Virus record (IMG/VR): IMGVR_UViG_3300029171_000041
Coordinates: 1 to 27,213 of that record
Source of the DNA: a virus
Lineage: Duplodnaviria > Caudoviricetes
DNA: 27,213 nucleotides
Reading direction: 5' to 3' (one strand)
The notes below the pieces were generated by a model. It had not been told where the DNA came from. It was given only the letters and a program-made list of their open reading frames with translations, and did not search any database. The number at the start of each line of letters is the position of its first letter. Position 1 is the stretch's first letter. Made by a program: the position numbers and the translations under genes. Positions 1 to 8,119 of this stretch are shown in pieces.

Positions 1-17
1 GTTTCCCAGTCACGATC
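1..17 (+). other. Random-amplification (Round A/B, SISPA-type) primer tag; library artefact
   Basis: Window begins exactly GTTTCCCAGTCACGATC, the fixed part of the widely used GTTTCCCAGTCACGATC-N9 primer, located at the contig end. Confidence 0.9.
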
Positions 18-80
18 CAGGGGTGTACTCCCTGGTACTTTCTCTACTGTGGGGGGCAGGCGGTTAATCTGGAGGTATTT

Positions 81-410
81 ATGAGTGAGGAAGTGGTTGT
101 GAAGAGGAAGGGTGGTGCGCCGAAGGGGAATAAGCGAGGTTCACGGGGTTTGATGTGGACTAGCGCGATGAAGAAGGTGATATTTGAGCAGGGGAAGGAC
201 AAGGCTGGGGTGAGTTTGGGTTTGTACAAGTTGGCGTCTAAGCTGTATCAGATGGGGTTGGATGGTGATATAGGGGCGCAGAAGGAGTTTTTGGATCGAT
301 TTGTGGGTAAGGTGACGCAGAAGGTTGAGAGTACGCAGACGAGGTATGTTGTGCAGATTGGTGGTGTTGACATGCCGATTGATGAGGTTAGGGAGGAGGT
401 TCGGCATTGA
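81..410 (+). CDS. Putative terminase small subunit
   Basis: GGAGG RBS before ATG; basic N-terminal GGAPKGNK motif typical of TerS; AQKEFLDRFVGKVTQKVE resembles TerS oligomerisation ends; directly upstream of and overlapping terL (TTGA). Confidence 0.75.
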   Translation: MSEEVVVKRKGGAPKGNKRGSRGLMWTSAMKKVIFEQGKDKAGVSLGLYKLASKLYQMGLDGDIGAQKEFLDRFVGKVTQKVESTQTRYVVQIGGVDMPIDEVREEVRH

Positions 411-1891
411 GGGATGAGGTGATTCGGCTGCCGTATGGGGGGTGGAGACCTCGTTGGTATCAGGAGAATTTTTGGAAGTACATGGATGTGGAGTCGGCTG
501 ATGCTCGGAGTACGGATGGTAAGCATGCGGAGTTGATATGGCATCGTAGGGCTGGGAAGGACGAGGTTTGTCTGCATTTGGGTGCGGTGGAGATGGTGAG
601 GAATCCTGCGACGTATTGGCACATGTTGCCGAAGTCGAATCAGGTGAGGAAGGCGATTTGGGAGTCGATAAATCCGCACAGTGGGAAGCGTCGTATTTTG
701 GAGGCGTTTCCGCCTGAGTTATTTTCGACTCGGGATACGGACATGTTGGTGAAGTGCAAGGTGAATGGGGCGACGTGGCAGTGTTTGGGGTCGGACAATT
801 ATGAGAGTGTGATAGGGTCGCCGCCGAGGGGTATAACGTATTCGGAGTGGGCATTGGCGAATCCATCGGTGAGGGGATATTTGAGGCCGATTATAGCAGA
901 AAATAAGGGCTGGCAGGTATACATTACTACGCCGAGGGGCAAGAATCATGCGCATTCGACGTTTAATTCAGCGAAGAAGAATGTGCATTCATTTGCTGAG
1001 AAGTTGTCTGTATATGACACTGGGGTTCTCACTAAGGAGCAGTTATTGATTGAGCTTCACGAGTATGTAGATACTTATGGTGAGGCGTATGGGATTTCGC
1101 TGTATGAGCAGGAGTATGAGTGTTCGTTTGATGCGGCGATTTTGGGGAGTATTTGGGGTCAGGAGATGGACTTGGCGGAGCGGGAGGGTCGGATAACGGA
1201 AGTTCCGCATGACCCGAAGTATCCTGTTCATACGGCATCTGATTTGGGTCGTGATGATGACACCTCGGTTTGGTGGTATCAGGTGATTGATGGTAGGATT
1301 CGGGTATTGGAGCATTGGGCGGCGACTGGTCAAGACCCGGATACGTTTGCCGCGCAGTTATTGGGCCGAGAGGTATCGATTAACATTGTCCGTGGTGGAT
1401 TAGAGGTTGAGTACGGTCGAGACATAGCGGAATTGGCGCATCGACGAGAGTATGAGTATTCGACGATTGGGATTCCCCATGATGGGGCTGCGAAGACCTT
1501 TGCGGCGAAGGGGAAGTCAGTAGAGGAGCAGTTGGCGAAGGTATTTGGCTGGAAGAAGATTCTGGTTATTCCCAGGTTAAGCAAGCAAGACCAGATTCAG
1601 GCGGGCAGGAAGGCTATACGGAATGCTTTTTTTGACCATAAGTGCGAAAATGACAGTGGATTGACTGGTTTGGAAGAATATCAGCGTGAATGGGATGATG
1701 AAAAGAAGATGTTTTCAGATTCTCCCAAACATGACTGGACATCACACCGGGCAGATTCGTGGATGCAATTGGCGGTGGCTTGGAATCATGAATTATTGCC
1801 AAAACATCACGAAGACCCCAAATTCAATGACCCGAACAGCATCGCATTCAAGAAAATGATCGAGATTGTTCAAAAACGAAGGATGAACTAA
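407..1891 (+). CDS. terL: Terminase large subunit
   Basis: Walker A-like WHRRAGKD, Walker B-like ITYSEW, coupling motif ITTPRGKNH, QEYECSF, RNase H-like nuclease motifs ASDLGRDDDT, PHDG, PKHDWTSHRAD. Confidence 0.95.
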   Translation: MRDEVIRLPYGGWRPRWYQENFWKYMDVESADARSTDGKHAELIWHRRAGKDEVCLHLGAVEMVRNPATYWHMLPKSNQVRKAIWESINPHSGKRRILEAFPPELFSTRDTDMLVKCKVNGATWQCLGSDNYESVIGSPPRGITYSEWALANPSVRGYLRPIIAENKGWQVYITTPRGKNHAHSTFNSAKKNVHSFAEKLSVYDTGVLTKEQLLIELHEYVDTYGEAYGISLYEQEYECSFDAAILGSIWGQEMDLAEREGRITEVPHDPKYPVHTASDLGRDDDTSVWWYQVIDGRIRVLEHWAATGQDPDTFAAQLLGREVSINIVRGGLEVEYGRDIAELAHRREYEYSTIGIPHDGAAKTFAAKGKSVEEQLAKVFGWKKILVIPRLSKQDQIQAGRKAIRNAFFDHKCENDSGLTGLEEYQREWDDEKKMFSDSPKHDWTSHRADSWMQLAVAWNHELLPKHHEDPKFNDPNSIAFKKMIEIVQKRRMN

Positions 1892-2199
1892 TGGAAATAT
1901 CTCAATCGGCAGAGTGGAATTACACGGTGGTTGATCTTTCGACGGATTCGACCACGGTTTATACCGGAAAGTGCATTTTGCACGGTATTATTGTGAGTGT
2001 GGCGCTGTCTGCCCATCTTACCTTGATTAAGGATAATACAACGACGGTAGCGGGGCTTCCTGCGTCTGCGGCGGCTGGCTATACCCTGAACGGGTTTGAC
2101 ATGCGTATTCTGACCTCTCTCATTATTGACCCTGACAATGCGGGTACCGGGACGATTACAGTGGTCTGGAAGGCATTCCATGACGGCGATGCGGCTTAA
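1891..2199 (+). CDS. Small beta-rich hypothetical protein, paralogue 1 (possible head accessory protein)
   Basis: TAATG coupling to terL; ungapped similarity to the next ORF (VVDLxTDSTTV, LSAH, PASAAAG, DPDNAxTG). Function inferred from position only. Confidence 0.75.
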   Translation: MEISQSAEWNYTVVDLSTDSTTVYTGKCILHGIIVSVALSAHLTLIKDNTTTVAGLPASAAAGYTLNGFDMRILTSLIIDPDNAGTGTITVVWKAFHDGDAA

Positions 2200-2486
2200 T
2201 GGAGTGGAAGAAGGCGGTTGTTGACCTCGCCACGGATTCGACTACGGTTGAGTCGGTGGCGTGTCTGGTGAACGGGGTCTACATTAACACGACCCTTTCT
2301 GCCCATGCCTGCCCAATCAAGGACGACACCGCAGATGCCTACACAATTCCGGCTTCGGCGGCGGCGGGGACGCGCTACGAGTTCGGACCTACCCGGTTCG
2401 AGACTTCTCTGGTGGTTGACCCCGATAATGCCGCCACCGGCTCCATTACGATCGAATATGTCATTCTTGGCGAGGATCACGGCTAA
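2199..2486 (+). CDS. Small beta-rich hypothetical protein, paralogue 2
   Basis: TAATG coupling on both sides; 42 of 86 aligned residues identical to 1891..2199 (hand count). Confidence 0.75.
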   Translation: MEWKKAVVDLATDSTTVESVACLVNGVYINTTLSAHACPIKDDTADAYTIPASAAAGTRYEFGPTRFETSLVVDPDNAATGSITIEYVILGEDHG

Positions 2487-2743
2487 TGCACGAGATGATT
2501 GATTTCAAAGCACCGACAAGGGTCATTATCCATTTCAAACAAGACCAGTTGATAGCGGAGAAGCACGGCACGCGAATTGTCCGTTATCAAGTGATTTTAG
2601 GTGACAATCTATTGTCACCCTCTGGCGATTTTGTGCGGTTTAACAACTCGGCAGAGTGTGAGGTTCATGGTTGGGTTCCCGTTGACGACATTGTTGTTGA
2701 CGAAGTGCTTGAACAACTTAGCGAGGTCGCCGTTGCAGCATGA
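2486..2743 (+). CDS. Hypothetical protein
   Basis: TAATG overlap upstream, ATGA overlap with portal; 85 aa; no motif recognised. Confidence 0.7.
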   Translation: MHEMIDFKAPTRVIIHFKQDQLIAEKHGTRIVRYQVILGDNLLSPSGDFVRFNNSAECEVHGWVPVDDIVVDEVLEQLSEVAVAA

Positions 2744-4938
2744 ACGAAGAGCAAGGCACGGTAGAGAGTAAAGACGATTTTAAAGGCGAGCAAGGCACCT
2801 ATTCCCGCTGGAAGGAAGAACTTGACCTTGCCGATGCGGTTGAAAAGGACTGGCGCAAGGACGTTGAGATTGCGTTAGCGACTTACCGTTCCGATGCAAA
2901 AGTTGCAGGTGAGGACGGTGAAAAGACCAATCGCGCCTTTAACCTGCTGTGGGCGAATGTCGAAACCAAACGCCCTGCGCTCTATAACTCAACCCCGCGC
3001 CCTGATATTCGCAGGCGGCACCGTGACAAAGACCGGGTGGGCCGCGCCATTTCTGAACTGATGGAGCGTTCAGTCAGCTACGTCATTGACTGCGAGGACA
3101 TGGATTCCATTAACAAGGCGGCTGTCATGGACATGCTGCTGCCGGGTCGGGCCATTACCCGCGTCAAATACATCCCGACAATGGTGGAAAAGGAGCCTGA
3201 AGAAGGCGCTGAAGAATCTGAGCAGGAAGTTGTCGATCAGCAAATTCGCTTTGACCAGATTCAGTATAACGACTTCAAGCGCGGCCCTGGAAAGTCATGG
3301 GACGAGGTTCGCTGGGTTTCTTTTGACCATCGCATGAACAAGGATGAAGTCACTGAAAGATGGGGAGAGGAAATCGCCAATTCGGTCAAATTCAATCTAA
3401 GTGAAGACAGCAAAAAACCGGATGATGATGAAAGTGATTCCACTATTTTCAAACGTGCCCTGATTCACGAAATCTGGGACAAGGATGAAAGGCAGGTAAT
3501 CTGGATAGCAGACGGGCGCAAAGAAGGCCCGTTAGGAATTGACGAAGACCCGCTGGACTTAAAAGGTTTCTTTGACATTCCAAAACCCTTGTATGCCATT
3601 GAGTCATCCACCAGCCTTGTGCCGATTACCGAATACTCGCAGTACATCTATCTGGCCACCGACCTAGAGGACATCACTCGTCGTATCCGCCGAATTATCT
3701 CTGCCTGTCGAGTCCGTGGCATTTACGATTCCACAATTGCGGAAATGGGGAAACTGTTTGATGGGGATGATAACGAATTTATCCCCGCTGAAGATTTGTC
3801 GAGACTGATTGAGACCGGTGGGCTTGATAAAGCCATCTGGACATTGCCATTGCAGCAAATTGCGGAAGTGTTGACGATACTGAAGCAACAGCGCCGTGAC
3901 CTGGTTCAGGAAATCTATGAACTGACCGGCATTTCAGACATTCAGCGCGGTTCCTCGAATCCGCATGAAACCAAGGGCGCGCAGGAAATCAAGGCGACTT
4001 TTGGCGGTCAACGTCTCAAGCGTCAACAGACCGAAGTTCAACGTTACTTGCGAGACATTATCCGACTTGTGGTGGAAATCATTGCCGACAAGTTTTCAAG
4101 ACAGACTCTTACTGCCATAACTGGCCTTAACTTCCCGACCAATGCTGAAAAGCAACAGGCGAAGGAAGTGTTGATGCAAGCGCAACAGATGCAGCAACAA
4201 GCGCAGCAGATGGCGCAAATGACAGGTCAGAAACCGCCTCCCATTGACCCACAGATGATGAAAAAAGCGCAAGAAACCTTGCAGCGCGTCAGTTGGGAAG
4301 ACATTGAATCTGTTCTGAAGTCAGACATGACCCGTGACTACCGCATTGATGTTGAAACCGATTCCACGATACAGGACGAGTTAAAGCAAGACCAACAGGC
4401 ACGTACTGAACTTTTGACCTCGATGGGGCAATGGTTACAGACCGCGCCACAAGCCGTCCAACAAGGCATTATCGACTACGAAGGCTCGAAAGAGATTATG
4501 TTGTCGGTTGCCCGTTCTGCCAAGATGGGCAGGAGTGTTGAGGACGCTATCGAGAACATGAAGCCGCCTCAGAAAGGGCCGTCTCCTGAACAGCAAAAGG
4601 CGCAGCTAGAGCAACAGCAAGCGCAGATGGACATGAAGATGGAACAGCAGAAAATGCAGATGGAAATGCAGGCTGAACAAGCCAGAATGAAAATGGAGCA
4701 GCAACAGATGCAACTCCAGTTCCAACTCGATCAGGCTAATGCTCAGATGGAAATGCAAAAGAAACAGGCTGACATGGCCATAGAACGAGAGAAATTACAG
4801 AACGAGCGAATTAAAATTGAGTTTGAGCGTGAAAAGCTGAAAAACCAGAATGCCTATGATGAGGCGAATCACAAGCGTCAAATGGAAGTATTGCGATTTG
4901 ACAAAAAGAGCGGGAAGTTGAGCCGTGAAGCAGCTTAG
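2740..4938 (+). CDS. Portal protein
   Basis: 732 aa after terL; FNLLWANVET..PALY, EIWDK, IYELTGISDIQRG, YRIDVETDSTI motifs of P22-like/podoviral portals; Q/M-rich C-terminal coiled-coil barrel. Confidence 0.9.
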   Translation: MNEEQGTVESKDDFKGEQGTYSRWKEELDLADAVEKDWRKDVEIALATYRSDAKVAGEDGEKTNRAFNLLWANVETKRPALYNSTPRPDIRRRHRDKDRVGRAISELMERSVSYVIDCEDMDSINKAAVMDMLLPGRAITRVKYIPTMVEKEPEEGAEESEQEVVDQQIRFDQIQYNDFKRGPGKSWDEVRWVSFDHRMNKDEVTERWGEEIANSVKFNLSEDSKKPDDDESDSTIFKRALIHEIWDKDERQVIWIADGRKEGPLGIDEDPLDLKGFFDIPKPLYAIESSTSLVPITEYSQYIYLATDLEDITRRIRRIISACRVRGIYDSTIAEMGKLFDGDDNEFIPAEDLSRLIETGGLDKAIWTLPLQQIAEVLTILKQQRRDLVQEIYELTGISDIQRGSSNPHETKGAQEIKATFGGQRLKRQQTEVQRYLRDIIRLVVEIIADKFSRQTLTAITGLNFPTNAEKQQAKEVLMQAQQMQQQAQQMAQMTGQKPPPIDPQMMKKAQETLQRVSWEDIESVLKSDMTRDYRIDVETDSTIQDELKQDQQARTELLTSMGQWLQTAPQAVQQGIIDYEGSKEIMLSVARSAKMGRSVEDAIENMKPPQKGPSPEQQKAQLEQQQAQMDMKMEQQKMQMEMQAEQARMKMEQQQMQLQFQLDQANAQMEMQKKQADMAIEREKLQNERIKIEFEREKLKNQNAYDEANHKRQMEVLRFDKKSGKLSREAA

Positions 4939-5341
4939 TATCCAGATGGGCAAGAAAGAGATTCTGTTGCAAGTCGATGACGATGCGACTGATGCCGAGA
5001 TTGAGGCTGCACTTCAGAAAAGGTTCAAGAAAGCGCCTTTAAAGCCAGTTGAATTCAAGCCTGCCAGAATTGAACTTGGCGACATGAAGTTCACCCATGA
5101 GCCTTTGAAGATTCCGGATTTTAAAACGACAGTTCAAGTTGACATGCCGGATGCAAAGGTGATGGCGCGAAGTATCTTGCAATCCCAGGCATCAACGGCT
5201 GAGACGGTGGCAAGCCTTCAAAGCATGGTGAGTGAAGTGCTTACGTCGCGTGTTGAATTCCCTGCTCCGTGTGGATGGGACTGTACACTTGTCAGAGATG
5301 ATAACGGCAACCTGAAGAAACTGAGGTTTGAGCCAATCTAA
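4925..5341 (+). CDS. Hypothetical protein
   Basis: Fills the gap after portal; GTG 4925 or ATG 4946 start; ends in an LVRDDNGNLKK beta-hairpin-like motif. Confidence 0.65.
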   Translation: MKQLSIQMGKKEILLQVDDDATDAEIEAALQKRFKKAPLKPVEFKPARIELGDMKFTHEPLKIPDFKTTVQVDMPDAKVMARSILQSQASTAETVASLQSMVSEVLTSRVEFPAPCGWDCTLVRDDNGNLKKLRFEPI

Positions 5342-5342
5342 A

Positions 5343-6713
5343 ATGCCAGCCACAATTAACCATATTTACACCCATGCGGTAGCGGATGGCACGGCTACCT
5401 CGGTGGTTCGGCCCTCTGACTGGAACAGTGTTCACAGTGCGGTGCTTAATGCCGTGGGGTCTGAAATTTCAGGCGCGTTCTCGAATGCGAATGGAGTGTC
5501 GTTTGGGCTTTCGGGTACTGCGGTAACGGCTTCGATTGTTCCCGGCTTGAGCAATCTTCGGGTATCTGCTGGAACTACTAGCAATCTGTTATCGGCTCTG
5601 ACGTTCAATAACGGCAATGGAATTTCGTTTGGACTTGATTCTTCGACTTTCACCGCCTCCCACAATGGGCTGACTTCACAATCGAATCAGGCGGTTTCAG
5701 CGGCGAATGGTAGCTATGCGTTTCAGACTTTGTCTTTTTCCAATGCTAACGGGATTTCGTTTGGTACGAGTGGCGGGAGCGCGATAACTGGCTCGCACAA
5801 TGGCATCACGAGTCAGTCCAATCAGCAAATGACTTTTTTTGCTACGGGGAACACGACCCAAAGCAGCACGGGAACGACCAATGCGTCGAGTGTCATTTTC
5901 AGGGGTGAGGGCGTTGCCTCGGTAGGGATTACCAATGGCTCGGTGGTTATCTCTGTTCCTGCGGGTGGTGGTGGCTTGACCAATATCAACGTCTCGGCAG
6001 GCACGACCTCGAATAACCTTTCTGCCTTGACCTTTAGCAATGGTAGCGGCGTGTCGTTTGGCCTGAATGGCTCGACCATGACCGCAAGTGTGGTGCCTCC
6101 GTTCACCTACAGCGCCTATATTCCAGACATTTACGCAAACGAGGCTTTATCCGGTCAGCAAGGACAGGGAACTTTCTTCCTTCAGCCATTGGCCAACGTT
6201 CCTAATTTCCAGTTTGACAATTTCGTGATGCCGGTGGAATACACCAATGCGTCGAATACTAGTGGCAGTTTTACCGTGTCGTTTTGGGTTGGTCTGTATT
6301 CGAGAAACGCCTCGACATTGTCCTTGGTAATTAGCACCTCTGCTTCGGCGAATATCACGAACAGCGGGACAGTAGGCAGTTATTCTTTGTACGGTGGGCA
6401 AAGGAACTTCTCAATTGGTTGGACTAACACCGTGCTTGCAAGTGATTACTGGTTGGGAATCGGCAGTCGAACCACGACAGGCGGTGCGGCAGGCATGACC
6501 CTTCGGCAGATGCTAGCTTCCAACATCACGACCGGTATGAGCGGTTATTTCGGTGCTGCAAGTAACGCAACTCAAGGATGGGCTTTTGGACAGGGCTTCT
6601 ATTCAGCAACCACAGCAGCGGTTCCAAACTCCATAGGATTTACTCAAATACAGCAGTCAGGTTCCTTGAATCGCAGGGTTCCAATCTTTATGTTCCAAAG
6701 CAATTTATTCTAA
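5343..6713 (+). CDS. Ser/Thr/Gly/Asn-rich repeat protein, putative head fibre or virion appendage
   Basis: ATG 5343 just after the previous stop (track start 5328 is TTG); four F(S/N)N(A/G)(N/S)G(V/I)SFG repeats, two SAGTTSNxLSALTF and two SHNGxTSQSNQ repeats; aromatic-rich C-terminal beta domain. Confidence 0.65.
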   Translation: MPATINHIYTHAVADGTATSVVRPSDWNSVHSAVLNAVGSEISGAFSNANGVSFGLSGTAVTASIVPGLSNLRVSAGTTSNLLSALTFNNGNGISFGLDSSTFTASHNGLTSQSNQAVSAANGSYAFQTLSFSNANGISFGTSGGSAITGSHNGITSQSNQQMTFFATGNTTQSSTGTTNASSVIFRGEGVASVGITNGSVVISVPAGGGGLTNINVSAGTTSNNLSALTFSNGSGVSFGLNGSTMTASVVPPFTYSAYIPDIYANEALSGQQGQGTFFLQPLANVPNFQFDNFVMPVEYTNASNTSGSFTVSFWVGLYSRNASTLSLVISTSASANITNSGTVGSYSLYGGQRNFSIGWTNTVLASDYWLGIGSRTTTGGAAGMTLRQMLASNITTGMSGYFGAASNATQGWAFGQGFYSATTAAVPNSIGFTQIQQSGSLNRRVPIFMFQSNLF

Positions 6714-6734
6714 CTCTCATGAAACGGAGACATT

Positions 6735-7448
6735 ATGACCCAGTTGATCGTTCAGGATTTTGGCGGTTCGCATAACGCGGACGTGGGCAAGACACGCGCA
6801 AGGCTGATTAAGGGCGGTTCGTGGAAAAAGCAGCGGATCGTGGTAATCATCCCTTCGGCGGCGATGATTCCGGCAAAGGTGGCTTTATCCCATTGGAATC
6901 TTGGCTTTCCGCCTAACAATGGCGTAGTCCGAATCCTGGCGCTTGGTGATGAGGTTGGAATAGCTTACTCACAAGCCATAGAACAGGTATTGCAGCATCC
7001 TGAACTCAAGGATTGGGAATACATCCTCACCATTGAGCATGACAATTGCCCCCCGCCTGATGGGGTATTTAAACTTGTTGAACAGCTCGAAAATCACCCT
7101 GAATTGTCCTGCGTCGGTGGTCTCTATTACACCAAAGGCGAGGGCGGAGTTGCTCAAATCTGGGGCGACCCGAAAGACCCTGTTGTAAACTTCCGACCTC
7201 AGCTTCCAGACCCTAATGGTGGACTTGTTGAGTGTTGCGGTACTGGCATGGGATTTAACCTTTTTCGCATTTCAATGTTCAAGGACGAGCGTTTGCGGAA
7301 GCCGTGGTTCGTGACACAGACCAAAGGCGGTTGTGCTACTCAAGACCTCTATTTTTGGGGTGACGCCAGAAAGTATGGGCATCGGTGTGCGATAGACTGT
7401 TCTGTGAAAGTCGGGCATTACTCACATACCGACGATGTTATGTGGTAG
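6735..7448 (+). CDS. GT-A fold (GT2-like) glycosyltransferase, divergent
   Basis: GGAG RBS; IVVIIP strand, YILTIEHDN at the DxD position, VGGLY, GTGMGFNLF, PWF, QDLYF at the ED position, terminal IDCSVKVGH. Confidence 0.8.
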   Translation: MTQLIVQDFGGSHNADVGKTRARLIKGGSWKKQRIVVIIPSAAMIPAKVALSHWNLGFPPNNGVVRILALGDEVGIAYSQAIEQVLQHPELKDWEYILTIEHDNCPPPDGVFKLVEQLENHPELSCVGGLYYTKGEGGVAQIWGDPKDPVVNFRPQLPDPNGGLVECCGTGMGFNLFRISMFKDERLRKPWFVTQTKGGCATQDLYFWGDARKYGHRCAIDCSVKVGHYSHTDDVMW

Positions 7449-7453
7449 AAATT

Positions 7454-7537
7454 TGAAACTTATTCTCGCTCCCCTTCGGGGGGTTTCAGCACTCGGCTCC
7501 GTAGTGTGCGGGATAACGGGCAAACTCTAACTGAAAC
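7454..7537 (+). promoter_or_regulatory. Structured intergenic leader with cUUCGg hairpin
   Basis: CCCC-TTCG-GGGG at 7471-7482; GTTTCA(G) 7483-7489 complementary to both TGAAAC 7454-7459 and CTGAAAC 7531-7537; GCAC...GTGC hairpin 7489-7509. One of the few sizeable gaps in the late arm. Could also be a weak terminator. Confidence 0.45.
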
Positions 7538-7549
7538 TATGAGGATGAT

Positions 7550-8116
7550 ATGAAGAAGAAAACAATAGTCAAACCATTGCTGATCGACATCGGCTGTGGT
7601 GGAAAAAAGAAAGGCCCAGAATGGATTGGACTTGACCAGTACAAAATGAAAGGCGTGGACAAGGTGCTGGATATTGGTTCAGCGCGATGGCCCTTTAAGG
7701 ACAATTCAGTGGATGAGGCGCATTGTTCGCACTTTATCGAACACCTGACCAATTTTAACGACAAGTGGGAGCGGGTTCACTTCTTCAATGAACTGTATCG
7801 AGTCCTGAAGGTTGGCTCGAAGTGTGCGCTGATATTCCCGCACTGGTGCAGTCACCGATATTATGGCGACCCGACACATAAGGAACCGTTCAGCGAGATG
7901 GGATTTTACTATCTCTCAAAGGCGTGGCGAGCGACAGACGCCCCGCATTCTGACATCACGTGGAACAAGAACGGCTATACTTGCGACTTTGAATGCACAT
8001 GGGGGTATTCGATGAATCAGGCACTGATCAGTCGGAATCAGGAATACCAGCAAAACGCGCTCGCATTCTACAAGGACGCGGCGCAGGACATGATAGCCAC
8101 ACTGGTCAAAAGGTAA
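7550..8116 (+). CDS. Class I SAM-dependent methyltransferase (Methyltransf_11-like)
   Basis: Motif I IDIGCG, IGLD, WPFKDNSVDE, SHFIEHL, ELYRVLKVG, DPTH; GAGG RBS. Confidence 0.9.
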   Translation: MKKKTIVKPLLIDIGCGGKKKGPEWIGLDQYKMKGVDKVLDIGSARWPFKDNSVDEAHCSHFIEHLTNFNDKWERVHFFNELYRVLKVGSKCALIFPHWCSHRYYGDPTHKEPFSEMGFYYLSKAWRATDAPHSDITWNKNGYTCDFECTWGYSMNQALISRNQEYQQNALAFYKDAAQDMIATLVKR

Positions 8117-8119
8117 CAT

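Noticed and set aside
1-17. M13/lacZ vector sequence
   Set aside because: M13 -40 continues GTCACGAC; here it is GTCACGATC with no further vector sequence, matching the random-PCR tag instead.
17-35. Inverted repeat CCAGGG-N7-CCCTGG as a pac site or terminator
   Set aside because: Overlaps the primer and its random nonamer, so the left arm may not be genomic.
141-1238. Long minus-strand ORFs rich in Pro/Ser/His/Thr (141..866, 248..679, 1032..1238)
   Set aside because: Antisense shadows of the G/T-skewed terS/terL; the C/A-rich strand has few stops and gives this composition.
4560-4860. Q/M-rich repeat in portal and E/V-rich repeat in scaffold as novel repeats
   Set aside because: Expected low-complexity coiled-coil and acidic regions for these proteins.
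4895-4938. Programmed frameshift fusing portal to the next ORF at AAAAAG
   Set aside because: The next ORF is in the +1 frame, which has a TGA at 4919-4921 downstream of the A-run; a -1 slip does not reach it.
7449-7549. tRNA, hammerhead ribozyme or known SAM/SAH riboswitch
   Set aside because: No T-loop/anticodon cloverleaf and no CUGANGA core; the resemblance of GCACUCGGCUCCGUAGUGUGC to the SAM/SAH hairpin is loose and lacks a clear pseudoknot partner. Kept only as an unassigned structure.
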